Shown here: positions 8,628-17,358 of the stretch, piece by piece
Position numbering within the stretch: position 1 is the first letter of the stretch
Layout of the letters: every line of letters starts with the position of its first letter
Assembly: GCA_035696765.1 (NCBI GenBank)
Contig: DASSEB010000456.1
Span: 1 to 50,312 of the forward strand
DNA length: 50,312 bases
From: Pyrinomonadaceae bacterium
Lineage (GTDB): Bacteria; Acidobacteriota; Blastocatellia; Pyrinomonadales; Pyrinomonadaceae
Direction of reading: 5' to 3'
Program-made: the position numbers and the translations under genes
The notes under the pieces: generated by a model
What the model was told of the DNA's origin: nothing
Databases searched by the model: none
Seen by the model: only the letters and a program-made list of their open reading frames with translations

Positions 8628-9846
8628 TCGCCTGATTCATTGCTTCCGCTGGAGACAGTTCACCGCTGTTCGCCTTCGAAAGAAAGATGCCAAATGCGTT
8701 TTCAATCTCGTTCCAATAGGGCGTGCGCGGGCGTGGTCGCGAGCTTTCAAGGGAACGCAACTGGGCCGGATACGCAGGATTCTTCGCGATGAGCTCGGCA
8801 TCGCGAAACAGCGATTTGCGCGTCGGTGGATTGCCTCGTTGCGCCGATCGTTTCATCTGCTCGGCGCTTGTGGCCCAGAGCAGGAAGTCCATCGCGGCCT
8901 CGGTGTTTTGCGAATCGCGAGGAATCGCGATGAGCCAGTTGCCAATCTCGGCCTGACCCGGCTTTTGCGCGCCGGGCAAGGTCGTGAACTCCATCTTGCC
9001 GATTACTTTCGATTTGGTGGGATCTGCAAACGAACTGATCCATGCCGGCCAATTGATCGACATCGCCGCCGTGCCTTGCAACAAGTGAGCACCGACTTCG
9101 TCGGCATTGAAACTCGCGTAACCCGGCGGCGAGTATTTGCCGAGCTCGAGCATGTATTCCAGCGCCGCGATTCCTTCCGGACTGTTTACTGTTGGTTTGC
9201 CGGAGGCGTCGAACATCTCGCCACCGAAGGCCCAGAAGATGGGCATGAAGTCTGCGACCGCGGCGTTGCCCTGCGCCGCGCGCATCACGTAACCATAAAC
9301 TTTCTGCCCGGCGTTCTCTTTTTCCTGGATTGTTTTGGCAGCCGCAAGGACGTCCTGCCAGGTCGCAGGGTTTTTCAACGAATGCTTCTCAAAAAGATCT
9401 TTGCGATAAAAAAATAATTGTGAGTTGCCGACGTAGGGGAGTGCGAAGAGTGGACCGGTTTGATAAGGGTGACGGCAAAGCGCGACTGAGGTATCGACAA
9501 AATCGCTGTCCGGCCCAGACTGCCCACGCCGCTGGAGCAGGGGTGAAAGCTCAGTCAGGAACTGCTCAGTCGCAAAACGTGGAAACCATGGATCGTCGAG
9601 CATGATCAGGTCGTAAGCGCCCGTCCGTGCTTTGAGATCTATTAATTCTTTCTCAAAAAGATTTATATAAGGAAACTCGGCGATGTTGATGTGCGTGCCG
9701 GTTTGTGCTTCGTAATCGAGGGCGGCTTGCTTGAGCGCGTCGCCTTCAACTCCCGAGACTACGGCGAGCGTGAGCTGTTTTCGAGAGGGCTGATTCGTGC
9801 AGCTTATGGCTAGGACCAGGAGCAGCATCAGAAGAATTAGTCGCAT
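8581..9846 (-). CDS. Extracellular solute-binding protein (family-1 sugar SBP), lipoprotein
   Basis: Lipoprotein signal MRLILLMLLLVLAISC. First gene of the SBP-permease-permease-ATPase operon. Start set at the ATG at 9846 rather than 9909. Confidence 0.8.
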   Translation of the reverse strand: MRLILLMLLLVLAISCTNQPSRKQLTLAVVSGVEGDALKQAALDYEAQTGTHINIAEFPYINLFEKELIDLKARTGAYDLIMLDDPWFPRFATEQFLTELSPLLQRRGQSGPDSDFVDTSVALCRHPYQTGPLFALPYVGNSQLFFYRKDLFEKHSLKNPATWQDVLAAAKTIQEKENAGQKVYGYVMRAAQGNAAVADFMPIFWAFGGEMFDASGKPTVNSPEGIAALEYMLELGKYSPPGYASFNADEVGAHLLQGTAAMSINWPAWISSFADPTKSKVIGKMEFTTLPGAQKPGQAEIGNWLIAIPRDSQNTEAAMDFLLWATSAEQMKRSAQRGNPPTRKSLFRDAELIAKNPAYPAQLRSLESSRPRPRTPYWNEIENAFGIFLSKANSGELSPAEAMNQANAEIEKILQRAPAAR

Positions 9847-9900
9847 ATTTCGCCAAAGATTAACACTGATGAGACGGATCAGAACTGATAATATCGGTCC

Positions 9901-10920
9901 ATGCGACAAATCGTAACCACAGGAAATGGCGACATCGGCGTGCTGAAGGTCCAGGAGAAGCCCGACCCAACGCCCGGCGATGGTCAGGTTGTTATTCGCG
10001 TGCGCGCTGCCGGTTTGAACTTTGCCGACATCCTGGCGCGCCAGGGTTTGTATCCCGACGGCCCGCCGAAACCGTGTGTAATGGGATATGAGGTCAGCGG
10101 TGTCGTCGAGGCCGTGGGTAAGGACGTGAACAGTTCATTCGTCGGCAAATCTGTCGTGGCGATGACGCGTTTTGGCGGGCAATCGGACATGGTGGTTGTG
10201 AAAGCCGCGCAGATGTTTGAGAAGCCTGAGAAGTTGACGTTTGAACAGGCAGCGGCGATTCCGGTGAACTATCTGACGGCGTATGCGCTGCTCGTTGTCA
10301 TGGGTTCTCTGCACGCAGGTGAATCGGTCCTGATCCATAACGCCGGCGGCGGGGTCGGACTGGCGGCACTCGACATCGCGAAGAAGATTGGCGCGGTGAC
10401 GTATGGCACGGCGAGCCCGGGCAAGCACAAGTTTCTGACGGAACGCGGCCTGGACCATCCAATCGACTATCGCAAACAGGACTGGCAACCGGTCTTGCAG
10501 CAACTCACGAACGGGCGCGGTGTGGACCTAATCATCGATCCGATCGGCGGCGGGCATTGGAAGAAGAGTTACGCCGCGTTGAGACACACGGGACGCCTGG
10601 GGATGTTTGGCGTCTCAACAGCTTCGGCAAACGGCCTCAGTGGCAAACTCAAGATGTTGAAGGCTGTGATCCAGACTCCGTGGTTTCACGCGCTTGCGTT
10701 GCTCAACAAGAACCGCGGTGTGTTTGGATTGAACCTCGGTCACATGTGGCACGAACCGGAGAAGGTCGCCGTGTGGATGCGCGACATTCTGCGCGGCGTC
10801 GAGGAGGAATGGATCCAGCCGCACGTCGATCGCGCGTACGCTTTCGACGATGTCGGAAAGGCGCACCGCTATATGGAAGAGCGAAAGAATATCGGGAAGG
10901 TGGTATTGACTCCGAAGTAG
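9901..10920 (+). CDS. Zinc-type alcohol dehydrogenase / quinone oxidoreductase superfamily (MDR, VAT-1-like)
   Basis: GroES-like N-terminal domain and Rossmann motif VLIHNAGGGVGLAALDIAK. C-terminal KVVLTP is typical of MDR quinone reductases. Confidence 0.8.
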   Translation: MRQIVTTGNGDIGVLKVQEKPDPTPGDGQVVIRVRAAGLNFADILARQGLYPDGPPKPCVMGYEVSGVVEAVGKDVNSSFVGKSVVAMTRFGGQSDMVVVKAAQMFEKPEKLTFEQAAAIPVNYLTAYALLVVMGSLHAGESVLIHNAGGGVGLAALDIAKKIGAVTYGTASPGKHKFLTERGLDHPIDYRKQDWQPVLQQLTNGRGVDLIIDPIGGGHWKKSYAALRHTGRLGMFGVSTASANGLSGKLKMLKAVIQTPWFHALALLNKNRGVFGLNLGHMWHEPEKVAVWMRDILRGVEEEWIQPHVDRAYAFDDVGKAHRYMEERKNIGKVVLTPK

Positions 10921-10925
10921 GTTTG

Positions 10926-10970
10926 GCCACGGATTTACACGGATTAATACACCGATTGATCTTCCGATTG
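10926..10970. repeat. Family-B repeat, one arm only (GCCACGGATTTACACGGATTAATACACCGATTGATCTTCCGATTG)
   Basis: Tandem 9-10 nt units of ACGGATT/CCGATT. Overlaps the last codons of the minus-strand gene ending at 10944. Confidence 0.6.
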
Positions 10971-11405
10971 GCGCTTCGCAAGGAAAAACGAGATCACCGT
11001 CGAGTAGATCAATCCGAAGAGCAGGGCGCCGAGAAACAATCCAATGAATGCTTGCGCTGCCACGCGTGACGTCGGTGTGCCTTCTATTCCCGGCTCGCTC
11101 GCCAACCACTTCGTTCCAATCACGGCCAGCACGCCAGCGAAGAACAAGGCGGCGCTGAGTGCGTAGACGAACGAGATTGCAACACCCGTCTTCACTCCTT
11201 GTTTGAACGGGGCCCTCTCACCTTTCTCGCGTTCCAGCTCCTTCAGTCCGAGATAGATCATTACGAACTCAAGGATATTGAAGACGATTGGGCTGCCAAG
11301 TGTATGGACCAGTGACTGCGGATTGGAAACCGTCGAACGGGCAACGAGCACCCAAATCATCACTCCGAGCGTGATCAGCAGTCCATATTTAACTGGAATT
11401 TTCAT
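10944..11405 (-). CDS. Small integral membrane protein, DUF4199-like
   Basis: Four predicted TM helices. The N-terminus MKIPVKYGLLITLGVMIWVLV resembles DUF4199 proteins. ATG at 11405 preferred over TTG at 11414. Confidence 0.5.
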   Translation of the reverse strand: MKIPVKYGLLITLGVMIWVLVARSTVSNPQSLVHTLGSPIVFNILEFVMIYLGLKELEREKGERAPFKQGVKTGVAISFVYALSAALFFAGVLAVIGTKWLASEPGIEGTPTSRVAAQAFIGLFLGALLFGLIYSTVISFFLAKRQSEDQSVY

Positions 11406-11407
11406 TT

Positions 11408-11435
11408 GCCACAAAGAAGCACAAAACGCACAAAT
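11408..11435. repeat. Family-A repeat, solitary arm (GCCACAAAGAAGCACAAAACGCACAAAT)
   Basis: Three decamer units of GCACAAA. No inverted partner nearby. Confidence 0.6.
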
Positions 11436-11466
11436 CAGTAAAGAGCAAAATCAACCGGCAATCGGA

Positions 11467-13878
11467 TCATTCCCAGGCGGGTTTGATGCCGCCGTGCGCG
11501 TCCTGCCAGTAAGGCGCCCACGCAAGTGTGAGTAATTTGACAGCGATGTTTGCTTTCGTTGGCTTCAAACTCACTTTCCCGAGTTCTTCAGTTTGCGGGT
11601 CGAAAGCACCTTCGAGCGCCGCCGTTTCGGCTTTGAATTCAGTATCGAGGTCCGCCAGCTTTTGTTCGATCGCGGCGACGTTCTCTTCGGCGCGGTCCAC
11701 GTCGTCAGCTTCTTTCATCGAGCGACCCGCGCCACGCACCGCCGTAGTTGCTCGTCCCAGCGTCGACATGCTCACTCGCTTTCGACCCATGAACGACGAG
11801 AGCAACGTAGCGCCAAACGAGATCGCCGTCTGTAGCTTTTGACCTTTTGCCTGTTCCTTCTCGCGCTCGACTGCCTGCTCGGCGCGACGCTTCCTGTCCT
11901 CGAGCTGCTCAATCTTCGGCGCGTACTTCCGCCGCAAATTCTCCACCGCCTCGTCGCGCTTTTCTCTCGCGAGCTGTTGCAGGCGAACTCGGAAATCGCG
12001 TTCTGACTCACCCGGATTCGAAGCGATCTCCAGTGTTGGACTCTCGAGCAACTCGAGTCGCTGGTTGCGATAGATCCAATTCGCGAAATCTTTGTTCCAC
12101 GTCGCATACGCCTTAGGCTTCGTCGCCGTCGTGGGAACTTCAACAAACGACGCACCTGCCTCCGGTTGCGCTTCGAGATCCTCGGCGGGTAGTTCCAACG
12201 CCGTCGCCGAGCTCCAGTCGAGGCTGACTGGTCCATCTGTAATTGGCGCAAGCAACGCCAACTGCTGAGTCGTATCGGTTGACTTTGAATTGCTGTAACG
12301 AACATCCGCGACGCCGAGCAGCATTGGATGATAAGAGAGCTTTGCATTCGCCTCGCCGGATGAGCGAACGGGAATGAAATACTGAGTGATTTCAGGCGGC
12401 AGCACCGGCCTATCGCTTTGGGCGCGTGTGCTTGAAATCGTCTCCGCGACAGGCGCAGGCGCCGCGGCGGATGTCACACCCTCTTTTAACGGATCCATCA
12501 GCAACTTGATCTGCGCGCGTGTCAACGGCCCACGCAGATACGACATGGCCCAACGTGTCTCAAACACTTCAGGCGCATCGTCGTGCACGTTGTTCATGAG
12601 AAAGATCCGGTTGTTCAGTCCCGCGAGCAGTTGTTCCATCTGCTGCCTGTCAAACTTCTGCCCGGTGCCGGACGCAATACCTTCGAGGCCTTCCAGCACC
12701 CGCGCCTTATCGCGTTCAGTCTGCAAGCGACCGATGAACCACGTGCCGGTGTTTGCGAGTCCTTTGTAATCCAGGTCAACAGGATTCTGCGTTGCCAACA
12801 CGACACCCAATCCAAATGCCCGCGCTTGTTTCAGAAGCGTCAACAGCGGCAACTTCGACGGCGGATTCGCAACCGGCGGGAAGTAACCAAAGATCTCGTC
12901 CATGTAGAGAATGGCGCGCAGGCTCGACGTGCCGGATTGAGTCCTCATCCAACCGAGCACCTGATTGAGCAATAGCGACACGAAAAACATGCGCTCCGAA
13001 TCGGCGAGATGCGCGATCGAAAAGATGGCGAGGCGCGGCTTTCCTTTGTCTGTGTAAAGGAGCTTTTGAATGTCGAGTGGCTCGCCTTCCATCCAGCTCG
13101 CGAAACTCGGCGACGCGAGCAGGTGGTTCAGCGCCATTGCGAGTTCAAAGCGATCGCTGGCCGGGAAGAATGAATCGAGATCCATCACGCCGACCTTCGT
13201 GATCGCCGGCGACTGGATCTTTTGGATGAGCCCGCCGAGATCGAGATCTCTGCCGGTGGACCACTCCTGATTGAGAATGTTGGAAAGCAGAATGTGTTCG
13301 CGGCTGCGAATCGGATCCGCGTCGATGCCGATTAGTCCGAGCAAGCTCGTAACAGTCGTGTTAATGCGCTCGGCGAGTGATTCGTTGTCCTGCCTGATCG
13401 TTTCCGGTGGAGCGGCGAACGATTTGAGAATAGACACCGGCAAGCCGGCGTTGCTGCCGGGTGTGTAGATGCGAAAGTCCGCAGCGTCGCGTAAACGCTT
13501 GATGCGTTCACCGTCCTGTCCCCACTTCGCCAGACCTTCTTTCCAGAGTTTCGCCTGTTGCGCTGCATCAACACCTTCCTCCACCCACGGCGCGAAGTCT
13601 TGCGGCGAAAGGTTCGGAAAGGTCAGAAGCAGGTTACACAGATCACCTTTCGGATCGATGATGATTGCCGGTATGCCGTCGATCGCAGCTTCTTCGAGTA
13701 GCGTGATGCACAGACCGGTCTTGCCACTGCCGGTCATGCCAACGCACACGGCATGCGTGACAAGATCTTTGGAATCGTAGAGGAGGAGGTTGTTATCGGA
13801 TTTTGCTCGACCGAGGTAGAAGACGCCCAGCTTCTCAAACTGCTGGACGGCAGGACTTGCCACATTTTCAGGATTCAT
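11467..13878 (-). CDS. HerA/FtsK-superfamily P-loop NTPase, YjgR (DUF853)-like, with long C-terminal coiled-coil extension
   Basis: Walker A GMTGSGKTG, DPKGDL, Walker B ILYMDEIF and ATQNPVDLDY are arranged in parallel to E. coli YjgR motifs (GATGTGKT, DVKGDL, FFDEAH, SQNPSD). The C-terminal ~200 aa are Glu/Lys/Arg-rich heptad-like. The ATG overlaps the upstream stop (ATGA). Confidence 0.75.
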   Translation of the reverse strand: MNPENVASPAVQQFEKLGVFYLGRAKSDNNLLLYDSKDLVTHAVCVGMTGSGKTGLCITLLEEAAIDGIPAIIIDPKGDLCNLLLTFPNLSPQDFAPWVEEGVDAAQQAKLWKEGLAKWGQDGERIKRLRDAADFRIYTPGSNAGLPVSILKSFAAPPETIRQDNESLAERINTTVTSLLGLIGIDADPIRSREHILLSNILNQEWSTGRDLDLGGLIQKIQSPAITKVGVMDLDSFFPASDRFELAMALNHLLASPSFASWMEGEPLDIQKLLYTDKGKPRLAIFSIAHLADSERMFFVSLLLNQVLGWMRTQSGTSSLRAILYMDEIFGYFPPVANPPSKLPLLTLLKQARAFGLGVVLATQNPVDLDYKGLANTGTWFIGRLQTERDKARVLEGLEGIASGTGQKFDRQQMEQLLAGLNNRIFLMNNVHDDAPEVFETRWAMSYLRGPLTRAQIKLLMDPLKEGVTSAAAPAPVAETISSTRAQSDRPVLPPEITQYFIPVRSSGEANAKLSYHPMLLGVADVRYSNSKSTDTTQQLALLAPITDGPVSLDWSSATALELPAEDLEAQPEAGASFVEVPTTATKPKAYATWNKDFANWIYRNQRLELLESPTLEIASNPGESERDFRVRLQQLAREKRDEAVENLRRKYAPKIEQLEDRKRRAEQAVEREKEQAKGQKLQTAISFGATLLSSFMGRKRVSMSTLGRATTAVRGAGRSMKEADDVDRAEENVAAIEQKLADLDTEFKAETAALEGAFDPQTEELGKVSLKPTKANIAVKLLTLAWAPYWQDAHGGIKPAWE

Positions 13879-15680
13879 TGTCGTGTGTCACCAAACAACG
13901 TGAATTTTTGCACTGCAAACAGCCGCCACTCGCCGCAGCCGGATAAGTTGTGAAGACCGCGATCGTCAAGACTGATTCCTGATCCGGCCACGAGATCTTT
14001 CACAGTGCTCGATACGAGCACTTCGCCGGGCTCTGCCTCATGGGCCACACATCCACACATCCGTACAGCGTCGCCTCCGACTCTCCCATCGACGATCTCG
14101 CACTCGCCGGTGTGCAATCCGGCGCTTATCGTCACACCGAGGCGCGATGCGTATTGCGTGATGGTGGACGCACAGCGTATCGCACGCGCCGGCCCGTCAA
14201 AGATCGCCAGCAGGCGATTTCCGGCCAGGTCGATCTCACGCCCGCGGTACCACTCGATCTCCTTGGCGATGTACGCCTGCAGGCGGCGCAGCAATTCGAG
14301 ATGTTGCCCGGCATCGGCGATCTCGGCGACCAACACAGTCGCGAGCACTGTATCAGGCTCGACGCGGTGACGCACTCCCGTCAAAAACTCCTCCACCTCG
14401 TCGAGAATCGCATCCTGATCGCCGACGAAGGGAAGGTGGTCGTTCCCGGGCAACGCCACAAACTTCGCGCCCGGGATTCGTTCCGCCACAAACCGGCCTT
14501 CCTCGACTTTCAAACACTGATCGTCCGTGCGATGAATCACGAGTGAAGGCACGCGGATCGACGGCAAGACGTTTCGCACATCGATCGCGGCGTTCATCTG
14601 TGTCAACGCCACGGCGGCGCCGGGACTCGCTCCCATTCGCAGATACGTGGCCCACCACTCGCGGAAGTTTGGATCGTCCGCGCGACTCGGCGCGCGTTCG
14701 TCGATGCCGATCGGTCCACCCCAATGCTTGCGCATGACGTCGAAAAACTGTTCGCGCTGTTCTGCTGTTGGTCCCCACGGATAATCCGCGTCGCGAATGC
14801 GTTTGGCGTACGTGCCGATCATGACGAGCGCCAACGTCTTCTCCGGATACGTGGCCGCAAAGAGACTGCACATCGGACCACCTTCGGAGACTCCGCACAG
14901 CGCCGCACGTTCGGAACCGACCGCGTCCATCACTGCGCGCACGTCATCCATTCGTTGTTCGAGCGTCGGCAGTTGATTGATGGGAACGCGATCGGAAAGT
15001 CCTGTTCCGCGTTTGTCGAAGAGGATGAGACGTGAAAAGGACGCGAGTCGTAACAGGAAGCGCGCGAAGTTCGGTTCACGCCAGAAGTACTCGAGGTGCG
15101 ACACCCAACCCATCACAAACACGAGGTCGAGCGGTGCGTCGCCAATGACCTGGTAAGCGATGTTCACATCGCCGCTGCGCGCATACATTGTTTCCGGAAT
15201 CCGCGGCAGTGGCGCCTCCGGTTGGACGTCGATCACAGCCGGGCCGGTTGTTTTGATTTCGCGCGCGTCGTCTTCGTCATCGATGTGTTCGACGCCAATC
15301 CTCGCCCTCGTCCCTTCGCGGACAATGACAGTTTCTTCCTCGCCGGCGGTCGTGTGCACGTCCGTAAGGAAACGATAGCCCCGCTTGGGCACCGTCTGAA
15401 TGTACTGCTCGCCCTCCTTACCTTCGCCGAGTGCTTTTCGGAGTATCGAGATGTTTTGCGCGAGGTTGTTCTCCTCGACAAAACTGTCGGGCCAAACTTG
15501 CTGCATCAATTCTTTCTTTGTGAGGACGTGGCCGGAGTTTTCGAGGAGCACCAGCAGGGTGTCGAACACCTTCGGAGTCAGCGGTATTTCGCGATCTTCT
15601 TTGAAAAGAAGGCGCTCCTGCGCGTCCACGCGAAACCCATCGAATAGATAAAAGCGCCTGCCCGGCCGGTTCGTCATCAT
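13875..15680 (-). CDS. Three-domain fusion: OmpR/CadC-type winged-helix DNA-binding domain + alpha/beta hydrolase + class-III nucleotidyl-cyclase-homology domain (apparently degenerate)
   Basis: N-terminus LTPKVFDTLLVLLEN...VPKRGYRF (trans_reg_C). Hydrolase elbow GVSEGG with late GNDHLPF His. C-terminus TVLVAEIADAG...AGNRLLAIFDGP...AGLHTGE...GDAVRMCG...PGEVLVSS follows the cyclase-homology pattern, but the metal-binding Asp are replaced by E and N, and the transition-state Asn by R. Confidence 0.75.
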   Translation of the reverse strand: MMTNRPGRRFYLFDGFRVDAQERLLFKEDREIPLTPKVFDTLLVLLENSGHVLTKKELMQQVWPDSFVEENNLAQNISILRKALGEGKEGEQYIQTVPKRGYRFLTDVHTTAGEEETVIVREGTRARIGVEHIDDEDDAREIKTTGPAVIDVQPEAPLPRIPETMYARSGDVNIAYQVIGDAPLDLVFVMGWVSHLEYFWREPNFARFLLRLASFSRLILFDKRGTGLSDRVPINQLPTLEQRMDDVRAVMDAVGSERAALCGVSEGGPMCSLFAATYPEKTLALVMIGTYAKRIRDADYPWGPTAEQREQFFDVMRKHWGGPIGIDERAPSRADDPNFREWWATYLRMGASPGAAVALTQMNAAIDVRNVLPSIRVPSLVIHRTDDQCLKVEEGRFVAERIPGAKFVALPGNDHLPFVGDQDAILDEVEEFLTGVRHRVEPDTVLATVLVAEIADAGQHLELLRRLQAYIAKEIEWYRGREIDLAGNRLLAIFDGPARAIRCASTITQYASRLGVTISAGLHTGECEIVDGRVGGDAVRMCGCVAHEAEPGEVLVSSTVKDLVAGSGISLDDRGLHNLSGCGEWRLFAVQKFTLFGDTRQ

Positions 15681-15813
15681 CTTTCAGAAATTTTTGAGAA
15701 CTATCTCACGATCAATTCATAGCTTCCTAAATACGAGACGAGGCGTCCGCCCCTATTTTCTCAACACTCACGCGCCCGACATCGTTGACCCAGATTATTT
15801 AGGAGGAGTCGCA

Positions 15814-17268
15814 ATGAATACAAGAGCGAAGCGCCAGGTCAAGCCTGACGGACAGCATGCCGTGGTGCTTGGCGGAAGTCTTGCGGGGCTGTTGGCGGCG
15901 CGAGTGCTGGCCGATCATTTTGACCGCGTGACCTTGATCGAGCGCGATGCTTACCCGCAATCGTCGCAAGCTCGCCGCGGCGTCCCGCAGGCGAACCACG
16001 TGCACGGGTTGTTATTGCGCGGACGGCAGATTCTCGAAGACTTCTTTCCCGGACTGCAAGACGAGATGATTGCGGCTGGAGCGCCGGTCGTCGACATGGC
16101 GAAGGAGATCGCGTGGTTCACTCCGGCTGGTTGGGGCGTCCGGTTCCCATCCGATTTGCAGATACTTGCCTTCACTCGGCCGATGCTCGACCTGTACGTG
16201 CGGCGACACCTCGCGCGCAATCCGAAAGTCGAGATTGTGGATGACACTGATGTTTTACGTCTGCTTCGCGGCCCTTTGCCGAATCAACTCGAGGGTGTTC
16301 TCGTGTGCCCGCGAAATTCAGAAATTTATCGCCGCGTCGCTAAAGAGTTGCGTGCCGATCTGGTTGTCGATGCCACTGGCCGTGCGTCGCGCGCGCCGCG
16401 CTGGCTCAGCGATCTCGGTTACTCGACGCCTGAAGAGACGGTGATCGATGCGTTCCTCGGATACGCGAGCAGGCTGTACCAGATTCCCGATAATTTCGAA
16501 CGCGACTGGAAATGCGTGTTTGTGCAGAGCGCTCCGCCGGAACAAAGGCGCGGCGCGATCTTGTTCGAGGTTGAAGACAACCGCTGGTTAGTAACTCTTG
16601 TCGGCGGCGGCCGGGACTATCCGCCAAGTGATGAGGCCGGGTTTCTCGAGTTCGCTCGCAGCCTGGCGGTCCCAACCGTCTATGACGCGATTCGACATGC
16701 GCAACCACTCTCGCCGATCAAAACGCACCGCGCGACAGAGAATCGACGACGCCGGTACGATCGCGCGAAAGAGCTGCCGGAAAACTTTCTCGTGCTCGGC
16801 GATGCGGTTTGTGCTTTCAATCCAGTTTACGGGCAAGGCATGACCGTCGCCGCCCTCGGCGCACTGGCTTTGCACAAGACTTTAGCCGAACAGCGGCGAC
16901 GTTATGCGGATGGAAGTTTAGTGGGGCTGGCTCGACGCTTCCAGAACCGGCTGGCGAAGGTCAACGAAACTCCGTGGATGCTGACCACTGCTCAAGATCT
17001 TCGGTATCGTGAAACTGTCGGCGGCTCTCCCGGTCGCATGACCAGGTTTATGCACCGTTACATGGATCGGGTAGTCGAACTCGCGACGCGAAAGGTAGCG
17101 GTGCGCAGAGTTTTGTTGCGAACCTTCAACATGTTGACGGCGCCGTCGACGCTTTTCCAGCCGCGGGTGCTGTTTCAAGTGTTGGCCCAGGTGCTTAAAC
17201 CTGCTCGGCAGCAAAGAGTGCGTCACTCGCGGACACAAGCCGCGCACGTGACTGAGGCGATGTCGTGA
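15814..17268 (+). CDS. FAD-dependent oxidoreductase / monooxygenase-like
   Basis: Dinucleotide-binding motif VVLGGSLAGLLAARVLA...VTLIERD, later GDAVCAFNPVYGQG (FAD ribityl motif). ATG at 15814 is preceded by AGGAGG (15801..15806). Confidence 0.75.
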   Translation: MNTRAKRQVKPDGQHAVVLGGSLAGLLAARVLADHFDRVTLIERDAYPQSSQARRGVPQANHVHGLLLRGRQILEDFFPGLQDEMIAAGAPVVDMAKEIAWFTPAGWGVRFPSDLQILAFTRPMLDLYVRRHLARNPKVEIVDDTDVLRLLRGPLPNQLEGVLVCPRNSEIYRRVAKELRADLVVDATGRASRAPRWLSDLGYSTPEETVIDAFLGYASRLYQIPDNFERDWKCVFVQSAPPEQRRGAILFEVEDNRWLVTLVGGGRDYPPSDEAGFLEFARSLAVPTVYDAIRHAQPLSPIKTHRATENRRRRYDRAKELPENFLVLGDAVCAFNPVYGQGMTVAALGALALHKTLAEQRRRYADGSLVGLARRFQNRLAKVNETPWMLTTAQDLRYRETVGGSPGRMTRFMHRYMDRVVELATRKVAVRRVLLRTFNMLTAPSTLFQPRVLFQVLAQVLKPARQQRVRHSRTQAAHVTEAMS

Positions 17269-17281
17269 AGAAACGGACTTC

Positions 17282-17350
17282 GCCACAAAAAAGCACAAAA
17301 GGCACAAAATCAAGAACAGCGGTTTTGTGCTTTTTGTGCTTTTTTGTGGC
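17282..17350. repeat. Family-A palindromic repeat, full copy; probable bidirectional terminator between convergent genes
   Basis: GCCACAAAAAAGCACAAAAGGCACAAAA (17282..17309), 13-nt loop, TTTTGTGCTTTTTGTGCTTTTTTGTGGC (17323..17350). 28-nt arms with a single G:U-type mismatch. Confidence 0.85.
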
Positions 17351-17358
17351 TGAAATAC

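Noticed and set aside
8551-9417. 288-aa plus-strand ORF opposite the ABC solute-binding protein gene
   Set aside because: It is an Arg-rich shadow ORF. The minus-strand product has a lipoprotein signal and sits in an ABC operon.
13875-15680. Cyclase-homology domain as an active cNMP synthase (Pycsar/CBASS-like signal generator)
   Set aside because: By eye alignment both metal-binding Asp positions (E and N here), plus the transition-state Asn and Arg, are substituted. An active cyclase is therefore unlikely. The domain is kept as a probable regulatory pseudo-cyclase, and the defence-system idea is explicitly speculative.
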